Below are positions 48,633 through 59,205 of a stretch of 64,000 bases of DNA, one piece after another. The notes under the pieces are model-generated. The model did no database searches. It worked only from the letters and a program-made list of their open reading frames with translations, and was not told the DNA's origin. The stretch's first letter is position 1. Each line of letters opens with the position of its first letter. The position numbers and the translations under genes were made by a program. The stretch is from assembly GCA_963732385.1 (NCBI GenBank), contig CAVSZB010000007.1, positions 704,001 through 768,000 on the forward strand. The letters run 5' to 3'. The stretch is from an uncultured bacterium (GTDB taxonomy: Bacteria; Krumholzibacteriota; Krumholzibacteriia; LZORAL124-64-63).

Positions 48633-49931
48633 TCACTCCGGCCGGTGCGTGGCCACCGTGAGATGGTCGGGATGGAAGTAGGCGCTGGCGCAGCGGACGA
48701 TCACGTCGCGATCGATCGCGTCGAGCCGCGCCACCAGTTCCGTGACCGGTATGAAGCGATCGTGGGTGATCTCGTTCTTGGCCGCGCGGCTCATCTGGCC
48801 CATCACGCCCTCGAGCCCGAAGATGATCTGCGACTTCATCTGCGCGCGATTCGCCTCCAGTTCCCCTTCGCCCGGCCCCTCCGCCAGCAGCTTGCGGTAC
48901 TCGTCCCGCACGACCGCCTCGAGGCGGGCCGCCTTGCTCGGCGTGCAGGAGCCGGCGCAGCTCACCAGGCCGGTGTCGCGCCCCAGGTCGCTGTAGGTGA
49001 AGACGGAGTAGGCGAGCCCTTCGCGCTCCCGCACCGCCTGGAACACCCGGCTCGACATGCCCCCGCCGAGCAGGTTCGCCAGCAGGTACAGCGGGATCCA
49101 GTCAGGGTGCCGGTACGAAACCGCCAGGTTGCCGATCTCGAAGTAGGTCTGGACGATGCCCGAGCGCAGTTCGAGCCGCTGCGGATCCGCGTCGTCCGCC
49201 GCCGGCGCGGCGTCGGCTGCGCCGATCCCGCCGCCACCGCTGCCGGTCCCGGGCGCGCACTCCGCCGCCGCGCCCCACAGCCGCGGGCCGAAAGCCGCCA
49301 CCACCGCCTCAGCCAGCCGCGGGTCGTCCGGCCCCGACAGCGACAGCACCAGATTCGGTCCGGCGAAGATCGTCGCGTGCTGGTCGCGCAGCAGATCGGC
49401 GCGCAGCCCCATCACCGACTCGCGCGTGCCCAGGATCGGCAGCGCGCGCGGATGCGCTCCGTAGACGCGCGCGGCGAACGCGTCATGCAGCCAGTCTTCC
49501 GGCGTGTCGCGCGCCTCCTGGATCTCCTCGCAGACGACCTCCTGCTCGAGCGCGATCATCTCCGGATCGAAGGCCGGGCGCAGCGTCATGTCGGCGAGCA
49601 GCTCCGCCGCCGGCGCCAGGTACTCCGGCAGCACCCGCAGCGTGAAACCGACATGGTCCTTGGTCGTGAAGGCGTCGACCGAAGCGCCCAGGGCGTCGAA
49701 CCCCCGCGCCAGGTCGAGGGCGGAGTACCGGGCCGAGCCCTTGAATACGATGTGCTCCAGGAAATGGCTCACTCCGCCCAGGCCGGCCGGCTCGTCCTGC
49801 GTGCCCCGCCGCACCCAGATGCCGAGCGCCGACGACTGCGCCCCCGGCAGGGGCGCGCTCAGCAGGACGGCGCCTCCGGGCAGGATCTCCCGCGACGGCG
49901 GCGTTTCGTCCCGATACGACGCGTTGTCCAT
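48633..49931 (-). CDS. M16-family (pitrilysin-like) zinc peptidase
   Basis: HFLEH inverted zincin motif, LGGGMSSRVFQAVREREGLAYSV; conserved position after pnp. Confidence 0.93.
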   Translation of the reverse strand: MDNASYRDETPPSREILPGGAVLLSAPLPGAQSSALGIWVRRGTQDEPAGLGGVSHFLEHIVFKGSARYSALDLARGFDALGASVDAFTTKDHVGFTLRVLPEYLAPAAELLADMTLRPAFDPEMIALEQEVVCEEIQEARDTPEDWLHDAFAARVYGAHPRALPILGTRESVMGLRADLLRDQHATIFAGPNLVLSLSGPDDPRLAEAVVAAFGPRLWGAAAECAPGTGSGGGGIGAADAAPAADDADPQRLELRSGIVQTYFEIGNLAVSYRHPDWIPLYLLANLLGGGMSSRVFQAVREREGLAYSVFTYSDLGRDTGLVSCAGSCTPSKAARLEAVVRDEYRKLLAEGPGEGELEANRAQMKSQIIFGLEGVMGQMSRAAKNEITHDRFIPVTELVARLDAIDRDVIVRCASAYFHPDHLTVATHRPE

Positions 49932-50060
49932 GGGCTCCCCATGCGCGTTGGCCACGCCGGCTGAAGACGAGCGCGGCCCGGTTGCCACCGGGCCGTCGCT
50001 CCTGAGCGGCCGCGCGGGGCGACGTCACAGTAGACGGCGCCCCCCGCGGAACTGTCTGAC

Positions 50061-50082
50061 CGGCCCGCCGCGCGGCGGGCCG
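50061..50082. repeat. Perfect 22-bp palindrome just after the pnp stop
   Basis: cggcccgccgcgcggcgggccg; no U-tract. Confidence 0.65.
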
Positions 50083-50087
50083 CACAA

Positions 50088-52286
50088 CTAGCGCCGGGGG
50101 CCGCCGCGTCCGCCGCGTCCGCCACGGTCGCCGCCGCGATCGCCGCCACCGCCCCCGAAGCTGGGGCGCGAGCCGGCGTTGGGATCGACCCCTTCAGGCA
50201 CCGGCAGCAGCGCCTTGCGACTCAGACGCACCTTGCCGGTGCGCCCGTCGATCTCGACCAGCTTGACGTCGACCTCTTCGTTCATCTGAAGCACGTCTTC
50301 CACGTTGCCGACGCGGAAATGCTCGAGCTCGGAGATGTGCAGCAACCCCTCCTTGCCGGGCAGGTACTCCACGAAGGCGCCGAACTCGACGATGCTCTTC
50401 ACCTTGCCATGGTAAACGGTCCCGATCACCGGCTCGGTCATCATCCCCTTGATGATATCGATCGCGGCCTGGCCGCTCGCCTGGTCGATGGAGGAGACGT
50501 ACACGATACCCTGGTCGTCGACCTCGATCGTGGCCCCGGTCTGCTCCTGGATGCGCTTGATGACCTTGCCCCCGGGGCCGATGAGCTCGCCGATCTTCGA
50601 CACCGGGATCGTGATCGACACGATCTTCGGCGCGTACGGCGACATCTCGGCGCGCGGTTCCGGCAGCGCGGCGGTCATCTTGTCGAGGATGTGCAGACGG
50701 GCGCGACGCGCGTCGTCGAGCGCGCGGGTCATGATCTCACGGCTGATGCCGCCGATCTTGGTATCCATCTGGAAGGCGGTGATGCCCTCGCGCGTGCCGG
50801 TGACCTTGAAGTCCATGTCGCCGAGGTGGTCCTCAACGCCCAGGATGTCGGTCAGGACCGCCACGCGGTCACCCTCCTTCACCAGGCCCATCGCCACGCC
50901 GGCCACCGGACGCTTGATCGGCACGCCGGCGTCCATCAGCGAGAGGATGCCGGAGCAGACGCTCGCCATCGAGCTCGAGCCGTTCGACTCGAGGATGTCC
51001 GACACGATGCGGATCGTGTAGGGGAACTCCTCGACCGTGGGCAGCACCGGGCGGATGGCCCGCTCGGCCAGCTTGCCATGCCCGATCTCGCGGCGCCCCG
51101 TGCCGGAGTAGCGGCCGACCTCGCCCACCGAGAACGGGGGGAAATTGTAATGGAGGTAGTACTTGTTCCAGAACTCGGTCTCGAGGCCCTCGATCTTCTG
51201 CTCGTCGCGCTTGGTGCCGAGCGTCGTCGTGCCGAGCGACTGGGTCTCGCCGCGGGTGAACAGGCACGAACCGTGCGTGCGCGGCAGCACGCCCAGGTCG
51301 ATCGTGATCGGCCGGACCGTGGTCAGGTCGCGGCCGTCGGCGCGACGACCCTCGGCGAGGATCATCTCGCGCATCGCCTTCTTCTCGAGGTCGTGGAGCA
51401 CGGCTCCGGCCTCGGCGCGCGGCGCGCCCGCCTCATCCTTGAAGGTCTCGGCGACTTTGGTCCCAAGCGCCTCCACGGCCTCCTGCCGCTCCATCTTGCC
51501 GGGAATACGCACGGCCGCCGTCAGGTCGGCGCCCACGAGCTTCTCCACCTCCGCAGCCAGGGCGGTGTCGCGCTCGGCCACCTTGACGGGGAACTTCGGC
51601 TTGGCCCCGGCCTGCGCGACCAGCTCGCGCTGCAGGGCGTTCAGCTTGCGGATCCAGCCGTGCGCGAAATCGATCGCGTCGAGCAGTTTCTCCTCCGGCA
51701 CTTCGCGGCACTCGCCCTCGATCATCACGATGATGTCGTCGCTGCCCGCGACCACCAGGTCCATGGTGGCGGTCTCGCGCTGCGCGAAGCTCGGATTGCA
51801 GACGAACTCGCCCTCCACCTCGGCCACGCGCACGCCCGACACCACGCCGGGGAACGGAATGTCCGACAGGTTCAGCGCGGCGGAGGCGGCGGTTATGCTC
51901 AGCACGTCGGCGTCGAAGTCCGTGTCCGCGCTGATGATGAAAGACACGACCTGCGTCTCGTGGCGGTAGTCGTCGGGGAACAGCGGGCGCAGCGGACGGT
52001 CGATCAGCCGCGCACTCAGTGTTTCGCGCTCCGACGGACGCGCTTCGCGCTTGAAGAATCCGCCCGGGATCTTGCCGGCCGCGTAGGTCTTGTTCCGATA
52101 CTCCACGAACAGGGGCAGGAAGTCCCGGTTCGAAGGCTTCTTTTCCGCCACCGCGCACACCAGCGCCATGGTGTCGCCCTGACGGACAACGACCGAGCCG
52201 CTCGCCTGCCGCGCCATCCGCCCCGTCTCCAGGGAAAAGGTGACGCCGTTCATCTCGAGTTCCACACGTTTCATCTTCTGCTCCAT
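50088..52286 (-). CDS. pnp: Polyribonucleotide nucleotidyltransferase
   Basis: [55 protein letters not shown] and S1 domains, RGG tail. Confidence 0.98.
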   Translation of the reverse strand: MEQKMKRVELEMNGVTFSLETGRMARQASGSVVVRQGDTMALVCAVAEKKPSNRDFLPLFVEYRNKTYAAGKIPGGFFKREARPSERETLSARLIDRPLRPLFPDDYRHETQVVSFIISADTDFDADVLSITAASAALNLSDIPFPGVVSGVRVAEVEGEFVCNPSFAQRETATMDLVVAGSDDIIVMIEGECREVPEEKLLDAIDFAHGWIRKLNALQRELVAQAGAKPKFPVKVAERDTALAAEVEKLVGADLTAAVRIPGKMERQEAVEALGTKVAETFKDEAGAPRAEAGAVLHDLEKKAMREMILAEGRRADGRDLTTVRPITIDLGVLPRTHGSCLFTRGETQSLGTTTLGTKRDEQKIEGLETEFWNKYYLHYNFPPFSVGEVGRYSGTGRREIGHGKLAERAIRPVLPTVEEFPYTIRIVSDILESNGSSSMASVCSGILSLMDAGVPIKRPVAGVAMGLVKEGDRVAVLTDILGVEDHLGDMDFKVTGTREGITAFQMDTKIGGISREIMTRALDDARRARLHILDKMTAALPEPRAEMSPYAPKIVSITIPVSKIGELIGPGGKVIKRIQEQTGATIEVDDQGIVYVSSIDQASGQAAIDIIKGMMTEPVIGTVYHGKVKSIVEFGAFVEYLPGKEGLLHISELEHFRVGNVEDVLQMNEEVDVKLVEIDGRTGKVRLSRKALLPVPEGVDPNAGSRPSFGGGGGDRGGDRGGRGGRGGPRR

Positions 52287-52481
52287 TTCAGCTTCTCCTA
52301 CACTTTCTCCCACCTGCTTTTTTTCGGCTTCCGCGGGCGCCGCCACGCGGCGCGTACGACCGCCGGAGAATCCCCTCAACCAACCGCGCGCAGCGCGCAC
52401 AAAAACACGCTGCCGCGACCGGTTTCACGGAGATCTCCCCACACTTCGACTTTGCCCTGTCGGGATCGCCAGCCAGAGGCG

Positions 52482-52751
52482 TCAGCCCCGGATGCCGAGT
52501 TCCTTGATGAGGGCTCGATAGCTGTCAAGGTCCTTCTTCTTCAGATAGTTCAGAAGTCGTTTGCGCTGACCAACCATCTTCAGCAGCCCGCGGCGGGAGT
52601 GGTGGTCTTTCGCATGGACCTTGAAGTGACCCGAAAGCAGCTTGATCCTCGCAGTCAGCAGTCCGATCTGCACCTCCGGCGACCCGCTGTCGCTTTCGTG
52701 CTTCTTGTGATGTTCGATAACCTGCTGCTTCGCCTCTTTAGACAGCGCCAT
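52482..52751 (-). CDS. rpsO: 30S ribosomal protein S15
   Basis: [42 protein letters not shown] upstream. Confidence 0.98.
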   Translation of the reverse strand: MALSKEAKQQVIEHHKKHESDSGSPEVQIGLLTARIKLLSGHFKVHAKDHHSRRGLLKMVGQRKRLLNYLKKKDLDSYRALIKELGIRG

Positions 52752-52932
52752 CGTCATGAACCTCCTGGTGACGACACGATGGCCGCAGGTCGGGCCCCTT
52801 CCCACGGACGCCGACCGAAGTCGGTGCGTGCTCGCGGAAGGCGGCGCGGGCGCCGTACAGGCCGACCCGCTGCGGATAATTGGCATCACAAAAACGCAGG
52901 GGATCACCCTGTGTCTCGCGATGGCCGCCCGC

Positions 52933-52961
52933 AATATAGGCCAGAGCGCCTCCGCCGGCAA
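52933..52961 (-). promoter_or_regulatory. Sigma-70 promoter for rpsO-pnp
   Basis: TTGCCG-N17-TATATT on the minus strand. Confidence 0.65.
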
Positions 52962-53038
52962 GCGGAATCGCCAAGCCTGAATCGGCCGAACGTGTGAAAT
53001 CTTGAGGAATTACGGGTATCGAGTATACGTGATCGGGA

Positions 53039-55051
53039 TCAGGCCGAACGCTCGGCCGCGGCAATTTCCTGATCCCGGTCGCACGGTCCGGCCTCGAAGC
53101 CGGGCGCCATCCCCTCGGGCCGCTCTCCCTGGAAGGTCGGCACGAGGGCGAGCAGTTCCGTCCAGCACGCCTCGAGTTCGCCCAGCTCGGCGGCCCCGAG
53201 CAGGCGCCCCACGCGAGCCTCGAGATCGGTCACCTGGAAACCGTTCCGCGGCGCCACCATGATGCCGGGGTGCTCGGTCGGTCCGGGGATCTCGTGGCAG
53301 GTCCAGAGCTCCTCGCTCAGCTTCTCCCCCGGCCGCAGACCGCTGTAGACGATCGGCACGTCGACGTCCGGCACCAGGCCCGAGAGCTGGATCATCTGCC
53401 GCGCGAGCTGGTCGATGAGCACCGGCTCGCCCATGTCGAGGATGAAGGTCTCGCCGCCGCGGGTCATGGCGCCGGCGAACAGCACGAGTTGCACCGCTTC
53501 GGCGATGGTCATGAAGTACCGCTCCATGCGCGGGTCGGTCACCGTGACCGGCCGCCCCTCACGGATCTGTTTGAGGAACAACTCCACCACGCTGCCGTTG
53601 GAGCCGAGCACGTTGCCGAAGCGGATCGCGCAGAACCGGGTGGCGCTGAGGCGGCTTTGCGCCCGCACCAGATGCTCGGCCACCCGCTTGGTGGCCCCCA
53701 TCACGCTGGTCGGATTGACCGCCTTGTCGGTGCTGATGAGCACGAACGTGCCGACTCCGTGCGCCTCGGACAGCTCGACGAGGTTGCGCGTGCCGCCGAC
53801 GTTGTTGCGCACCGCTTCTGTCGGGTGGTATTGCAGCACCGGCACATGCTTGTAGGCGGCGGCGTGGAAGATCACTTCCGGCTCATGGGTTTCGAACAGC
53901 TCCGCCATGCGGCGCCGGTCGCGCACATCGCCCAGGAAGAAGTCGAGGCGCACCGTGTCGCCCACGCGCCCCCGCAACTCCTGTTCGAGCCGGAACAGCC
54001 CGTTCTCGTCGCGGTCCAGGCAGACCAGCGCCGCCACCGACTGATCGGCGATCTGCCGACACAGCTCGGAACCGATGCTGCCCGCCGCGCCGGTCACGAG
54101 CACGCGGCGTCCACTCAGGAACGCGCGCAGACGGGGCGCATCGATTTGGAGCGGGCGCCGGTTGAGCAGGTCCTCGGTCCGGAAATCGGTCAGGCTGGCC
54201 ACCGAGCGGGTGCCGGCCAGGATCTGCGCCAGGTCCGGCACGGTCTTGAGCGGCAGCCCCACGGCGCGACAGTGCCGCACGATCCGGTACAGATCCGACG
54301 AGCGCACCCCCGGCACCGCCAGCACGATCGCCTCGGCGCCGCTGCGCCGCGCGGCGTCGCCCACCAGCGCCACCGGCCCCTCCACCGGCACGCCCAGGAT
54401 GGTGGTGTCCTGCTTGAGCGGGTCGTCGTCGAGGATCAGGACCGGCCAGTACTCGCCCTGGCGCTGCTCGAGCATGGCCCGGATGGTCAGGCGTCCGGCC
54501 GCCCCGGCCCCGATCACGATCACCTTGCACCGCTGCGACGCCCCGAGCAGGACGATCAGTTCGTGGCCCAGACGCAGGGAGTAGCGCGCCCCGACCATCA
54601 GGAACAGCGCGATGCCCAGGTCGATGATCAGCACGCTGCGCTGCAGCGGCCCGGCGTCGAGCACGATGGTGGCCGTCGCGATCAGCAGGGAACCGACGAC
54701 CACCGCCCCCGTCACCGGCAGCAGGTCACGCACCCCGGCATGTCGCCAGGAACCGCGGTGCAGCCCGAACCACAGGCACGGCACCAGCCGCAACGGCACC
54801 ACCAGGGCGAGCGAACCGAGCCACCAGGTGGTCCAGACATAGTGCTGGGTGATCACCGACAGATCGAAGCGGACCACGCACGCCGCCGTCCAGGAGAGAA
54901 CGGCCGCCAGCGCGCAGATGATCATGGTGACGACCAGACGATGCGAGCGCAGGAAGCGGCTGACCGGTTGACGTTCGCCCAGGAGACGATCGAACGCGGC
55001 GTGCAGACGGGACAGACAACGGACCTTCAGGCGGCGGGGCTCCATCCTCAT
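53039..55051 (-). CDS. Membrane-bound nucleotide-sugar 4,6-dehydratase (CapD/WbpM/PglF family)
   Basis: Four N-terminal TMs, IGAGAAG, VTGAAGSIGSEL, FHAAAYKHVP, STDKAVNPTSVMGATKR, RFGNVLGSNGSV, GLRPGEKL. Confidence 0.95.
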   Translation of the reverse strand: MRMEPRRLKVRCLSRLHAAFDRLLGERQPVSRFLRSHRLVVTMIICALAAVLSWTAACVVRFDLSVITQHYVWTTWWLGSLALVVPLRLVPCLWFGLHRGSWRHAGVRDLLPVTGAVVVGSLLIATATIVLDAGPLQRSVLIIDLGIALFLMVGARYSLRLGHELIVLLGASQRCKVIVIGAGAAGRLTIRAMLEQRQGEYWPVLILDDDPLKQDTTILGVPVEGPVALVGDAARRSGAEAIVLAVPGVRSSDLYRIVRHCRAVGLPLKTVPDLAQILAGTRSVASLTDFRTEDLLNRRPLQIDAPRLRAFLSGRRVLVTGAAGSIGSELCRQIADQSVAALVCLDRDENGLFRLEQELRGRVGDTVRLDFFLGDVRDRRRMAELFETHEPEVIFHAAAYKHVPVLQYHPTEAVRNNVGGTRNLVELSEAHGVGTFVLISTDKAVNPTSVMGATKRVAEHLVRAQSRLSATRFCAIRFGNVLGSNGSVVELFLKQIREGRPVTVTDPRMERYFMTIAEAVQLVLFAGAMTRGGETFILDMGEPVLIDQLARQMIQLSGLVPDVDVPIVYSGLRPGEKLSEELWTCHEIPGPTEHPGIMVAPRNGFQVTDLEARVGRLLGAAELGELEACWTELLALVPTFQGERPEGMAPGFEAGPCDRDQEIAAAERSA

Positions 55052-55085
55052 GCCTTCCGGTTGACGGTGACCGGGCGCAGGTCAC

Positions 55086-55100
55086 GCATGAGTCATGCCA
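55086..55100 (-). promoter_or_regulatory. Candidate sigma-54 promoter for the capD-like gene
   Basis: TGGCAT-GACTC-ATGC on the minus strand, 35 nt before the ATG; contains the palindrome GCATGA-G-TCATGC. Confidence 0.45.
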
Positions 55101-55243
55101 CCGGCCGCGGCCGGCGACAGGGGGCGAGGCTGTCCTTTCCTGGCGTCATTCCAAGATGATAAGCTGTTGTTTCTGTGGCGTTTATGGCTGCCGATCCATC
55201 GGCAGGTCCGTCGACGCCGGGTGCGCCGGGCCTCCGCCGGCGG

Positions 55244-55867
55244 TCACTGCTTACCCACGGGGGGGATGATTCCTTTCGTCTCGAGAAGATTGAGCAACTG
55301 CCCGACGCAGGCCTCAGCGTCGAGCGTGTCGGTATCGAGAATGAGTTCGGCCTTCAGCGGCTCCTCGTACGGCGCGCTGATGCCGGTGAACTCGGGAATC
55401 TGCCCCGCGCGCGCCTTCTTGTAGAGCCCCTTCGGATCGCGCCGCTCGCACTCCTCGATGGCGCAGCGGCACCAGACCTCGATGAACTCCCCGTCCGGCA
55501 GCAGCGCCCGGTTCTTGTCGCGATCGGCGCGATAGGGCGAGATGAACGCCGTCAGCGCGATCACCCCGGCATCGGTGAACAGCTTCGCCACCTCGCCGAT
55601 CCGCCGGATGTTCTCCTCGCGGTCGGCCGGACTGAACCCCAGATCACGGTTCAGACCATGCCGGACATTGTCCCCGTCCAGGATGTAGGACCGACACCCG
55701 CGCGCGAACAGCGCCTGCTCCAGCCGCTGCGCCAGCGTCGACTTCCCGGAGCTCGACAGCCCCGTGAACCAGATCACCGCCGCGCGATGCCCCTGCTTCC
55801 CCTCACGCTCGGCGCGACTGACCACGCTGTCCGACCAGGTGATGTTGCGACTCTTCGGGGTGTCCAC
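55244..55867 (-). CDS. cysC: Adenylyl-sulfate kinase
   Basis: [61 protein letters not shown]. Confidence 0.96.
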   Translation of the reverse strand: MDTPKSRNITWSDSVVSRAEREGKQGHRAAVIWFTGLSSSGKSTLAQRLEQALFARGCRSYILDGDNVRHGLNRDLGFSPADREENIRRIGEVAKLFTDAGVIALTAFISPYRADRDKNRALLPDGEFIEVWCRCAIEECERRDPKGLYKKARAGQIPEFTGISAPYEEPLKAELILDTDTLDAEACVGQLLNLLETKGIIPPVGKQ

Positions 55868-55930
55868 GACGCGCCTCTCCTTCTTCCCGACCGCCCTCGC
55901 GACCGCCGGGCCCACCAAAGGCAGGATGTT

Positions 55931-56206
55931 CTAGAGGTAACCCAGTTCCTTGAGCTTCTGCTTGATGCGCTCGAGCTGCTCGCCCGAGAATTCGCCGGAT
56001 GCCTCCACCGCCTTGCCGACAGCTGACCTGCCCCTGGCCGCAACTTTCGCCGCATCCGCAGCCGGCACCCGCCCTTCGTAGACGATGTCCCGCAGCACGA
56101 ACACCACGAAATCGGTGACAGAGTTGAAGCCCGATCCCTCGATGAGGCGCGCAATGTGGTCGTAGAGCGGTTTGGGGATCTTCAGGGTGACTTTGGGGTT
56201 GGGCAT
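55931..56206 (-). CDS. Ribbon-helix-helix (CopG-like) protein
   Basis: KVTLKIPKPLYDHI...GFNSVTDFVVFVLR; C-terminal IKQKLKELGYL. Confidence 0.8.
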   Translation of the reverse strand: MPNPKVTLKIPKPLYDHIARLIEGSGFNSVTDFVVFVLRDIVYEGRVPAADAAKVAARGRSAVGKAVEASGEFSGEQLERIKQKLKELGYL

Positions 56207-56275
56207 GGATCCCTGGCTCCCGCCGGAAGTGGCTCCCTTGACGCTCCGCAGGCACTCCTGTGGGAGCGTCAGCCG

Positions 56276-56304
56276 AGAATAGCGGAACGCGGTTGGAAAG
56301 TCAA
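56276..56304 (-). promoter_or_regulatory. Sigma-70 promoter for RHH gene-cysC
   Basis: TTGACT-N17-TATTCT on the minus strand. Confidence 0.65.
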
Positions 56305-56325
56305 ATCAAGGGGGGCGCAGCAGGC

Positions 56326-57030
56326 TCAGCTATGCACCGCTTCGGCGGCCTCCGGCCTCTTCCCCGGCCGAATCGGGACCTCCGAGTGCCCTGCCACCCC
56401 CGGATCGACGACCGCAGGGCGAGCCACAACCGGCTCCGACCTCACTCCACGCGCCACGCGCAGGACCGTCTCGACGATCGTGCGTACGTCGTCCACCAGA
56501 CCGGCGTGGTCCAGATGCTGCCGGTAGAGACGCAGCTTGTGCGGCATGATGTGTTCGATGTAGCACTTCTCCGGATCGGCCGCCCTCGCGAGCATGGCCT
56601 CCTCGTTGCGGAAGACGATGGACGCGCGGTGCGTGATCCCCGGCCGGACCGCCAGGATCGGCCCGAATTCGTCGAGGAAGAGGTCCACGAACTCCGGCAC
56701 CTCGGGCCGGGGCCCCACCAGCGACATCTCCCCGCGCAATACGTTGATGAGCTGCGGCAACTCATCGAGCTTCGTGCGGCGCAACAGGCGCCCCACGTTG
56801 GTGATCCGTTGGTCACCGCCAACGGTGATGAGCGCCCCCTTGCCGGACTGCTGGACCATTGTGCGAAACTTGTAGATGTGGAAACGCCGACCGAACCGCC
56901 CCACGCGCTTCTGACGGAAAAAAACGGGACCCGGAGAACCCAAACGGATCGCCAACCCGATCAACGCGAACAACGGCGCCAACAGCAAAAGCCCGACGCT
57001 GGCGGCAACGAAATCGAAGATCCGCTTCAA
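56326..57030 (-). CDS. Priming phosphoglycosyl transferase (bacterial sugar transferase, PglC-type)
   Basis: KRIFD, KFRTM, LDELPQLINVLRGEMSLVGPRPE, RPGIT; TTG 57030 after GGGGAGGGAG. Confidence 0.92.
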   Translation of the reverse strand: MKRIFDFVAASVGLLLLAPLFALIGLAIRLGSPGPVFFRQKRVGRFGRRFHIYKFRTMVQQSGKGALITVGGDQRITNVGRLLRRTKLDELPQLINVLRGEMSLVGPRPEVPEFVDLFLDEFGPILAVRPGITHRASIVFRNEEAMLARAADPEKCYIEHIMPHKLRLYRQHLDHAGLVDDVRTIVETVLRVARGVRSEPVVARPAVVDPGVAGHSEVPIRPGKRPEAAEAVHS

Positions 57031-57387
57031 TCCGGCTCCCTCCCCGACTGGTCCATCCCTGGACAACCCAAATGTAACAACTGTCGCAATTTGGTCCAGC
57101 ACGCAGTGCAAAAGCACCCGAATCGCCCAAGCAAAGTACAGCCGACATTTCGGAGAGCGTTGAACCCAAGATGCGTGCCATGTTGCTCGGCTCCCCTGAA
57201 TCCGGCTCTCGTGCGCTTCCCTGAAAGCCCTTTCGCCCACGTCTGATGAAGCACACCCTCCCCGACCTAATCGCGCAACGTCCTCCATCAGCTCTCATTT
57301 CAAGTGCGCAGTCGCAAAAGAAACTCGCAGTGTCACACTCGGACCGCATGCCTGTCTCACGGCGATCCACTTCCAACCGGCGCCCTA

Positions 57388-58458
57388 TCACCGGGACAGA
57401 TCATTTGCAAACGTTCGCCACTTCCGGCTGCGCCAGCTCAGAATGCCCCACATGAATCCCATCCCATAGGCAAAGTGAAAACAGCCGATGACCGCCGGCA
57501 ACAACGGCGCAAGATCCCAGCCCCTCCGAATTGCAATGCAAAATGATCCTGCGAAAATGAAAACGCAATACATTAGCACCTCTGCTATAAGCACGAAGCG
57601 CGCAGCCTGCAGGCGTAACGGCGACATCGCCAAAAGCAGAACAAGACTCGCCACCAAGGCAGCGGGACAATGTGGCGCCAGGATGCCGGGAGCCTGTGCT
57701 TTCGAATAACAGCCACCTTCCAGAATCCGTACTGAAAATACTGCCTGAAGAGATGCCCAAGACTCCGACGCGGCCGATACCACGAAATAATTGAAGGCGA
57801 TTGCCACACCAACCCACCACTCCGAACAATGCGAAGATTCAATTCATCATCCTGATTGCGCACAAACTCAACATCGAACAGACCTAGGCGGATCAGGTTA
57901 TCACGCCGCCAACAGCCGTAGGTCACAGTGTCGACAGCCCCTTCGTAATCGGGAAAGTGGAACCGCGCTCCACCTACTGCGAAAGCAGAGCCGTAAGCCG
58001 CCGCAATCGCACGCGGCACCCATTCCGTGGCTTCAGTCCGAGCGGCTCCGCCTACATTGGTCGCACCAGTACTGCGAATCACCTCTAAACAGCGCACGAT
58101 ATAGTCGTCCGCGTAACGCGTATGAACATCCATACGAACGATATACTCGCCATTCGCAGCGAGAATGGCCCGATTCAAACCAGTCGGCGCAATGCGCTCC
58201 GGGTTCTCTATGACTCGTACGGATGGGTGCATCTGCGCATATCGTTGCAGGATATCCCTGGTCCCGTCGTCGCTCTATTCCGTCCGCGATCACAAACTCC
58301 CATGGTGACGCCGTGCGAATCTGTCGCTCGATATTATGAAGGAACGACAAGATGAAGCCCGCCTCATTTCGGCACGGAACAATTACCGAGCACTCCACTT
58401 GAATTGTAACCGAGCCTCCCACTGCCTCATGAGACAAGCGCTTGCGATTATCAGACAT
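57388..58458 (-). pseudogene. GT2 glycosyltransferase (ExoA-like), split by two frameshifts (real or assembly error)
   Basis: Three frames join into SVIVPCRNE...VIADG / SDDGTRDIL...RMDVH...RNQDDELN...QYFQYGFWK...RHIVP / AALVASLVL...; shifts at about 58276 and 57665. Confidence 0.85.
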
Positions 58459-59182
58459 GGGCGACGCCCTTTCGCATCACACCTAGATAATGTGAACACA
58501 ATGGCGGCAGCGACTCCAGGCATCGATAGAGAAACAGGGACCGAGGGGCGATCACCCGACCTAGTGGCGGCAACAACGTTGTTCGTTTGAAACTGCACTC
58601 GCAGTTGCGAAACAGCTCCAATATGCGCGCCTTGCTCACGCCTTTCACATCACGATTGCGCGGACTGTCGAGACACAGGTCGTACCATAGGACAAGTCCA
58701 CCAGGTCGTAGAACGCGAATGATCTCGTTGGCGATATCCACCTGGACTGTCCCATCAACCACGGAACTGAACACCGTGCCCTGTATGACAAGATCAAAAC
58801 AGTCATTATCGAACGACATGCGAGAAGCATCACCGACCTGCAGATGAACGCCCACAGGGAGCCGCTTCCGAGCCTGCTGGATACGATCTTCCGCCAAGTC
58901 TATCCCATGCAGCCGTTCTGGCTCCGCTCCCCAAGCGACGAGATCGTGAAGCCATTGACCTGGCCCACAGCCGATATCCAAAACCTCCAACTTATCCAAG
59001 CTGTCTACTCCAGCGCGTCGCAAAGCCCGCAGGGTCAAAACTTCCCGAGTCTGGAGCAACTGCAAGTGCGCTGCATTAAAAACAGAATAACGATCAGCCA
59101 AGCTACAGCGACGCTCATAGACGGCACGAATCCTTGCGGCCTCACTTTCCTGGCGCTCAACATTCGATGACTTGTCGGTCAT
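58451..59182 (-). CDS. Class I SAM-dependent methyltransferase
   Basis: VLDIGCGPG, GIDL, GDAS, FDLV, RVLRPGG. Confidence 0.9.
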   Translation of the reverse strand: MTDKSSNVERQESEAARIRAVYERRCSLADRYSVFNAAHLQLLQTREVLTLRALRRAGVDSLDKLEVLDIGCGPGQWLHDLVAWGAEPERLHGIDLAEDRIQQARKRLPVGVHLQVGDASRMSFDNDCFDLVIQGTVFSSVVDGTVQVDIANEIIRVLRPGGLVLWYDLCLDSPRNRDVKGVSKARILELFRNCECSFKRTTLLPPLGRVIAPRSLFLYRCLESLPPLCSHYLGVMRKGVAHV

Positions 59183-59205
59183 TGTGCCCCGTTTCGAACT
59201 TCGTC

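Noticed and set aside
50091..50160. Short tandem repeats at the pnp 3' end
   Set aside because: They encode the ordinary GGDR/RGG low-complexity tail; not a CRISPR array or mobile repeat.
50319..55159. 892-aa and 629-aa plus-strand ORFs
   Set aside because: Antisense shadows of pnp/rpsO and the capD-like gene.
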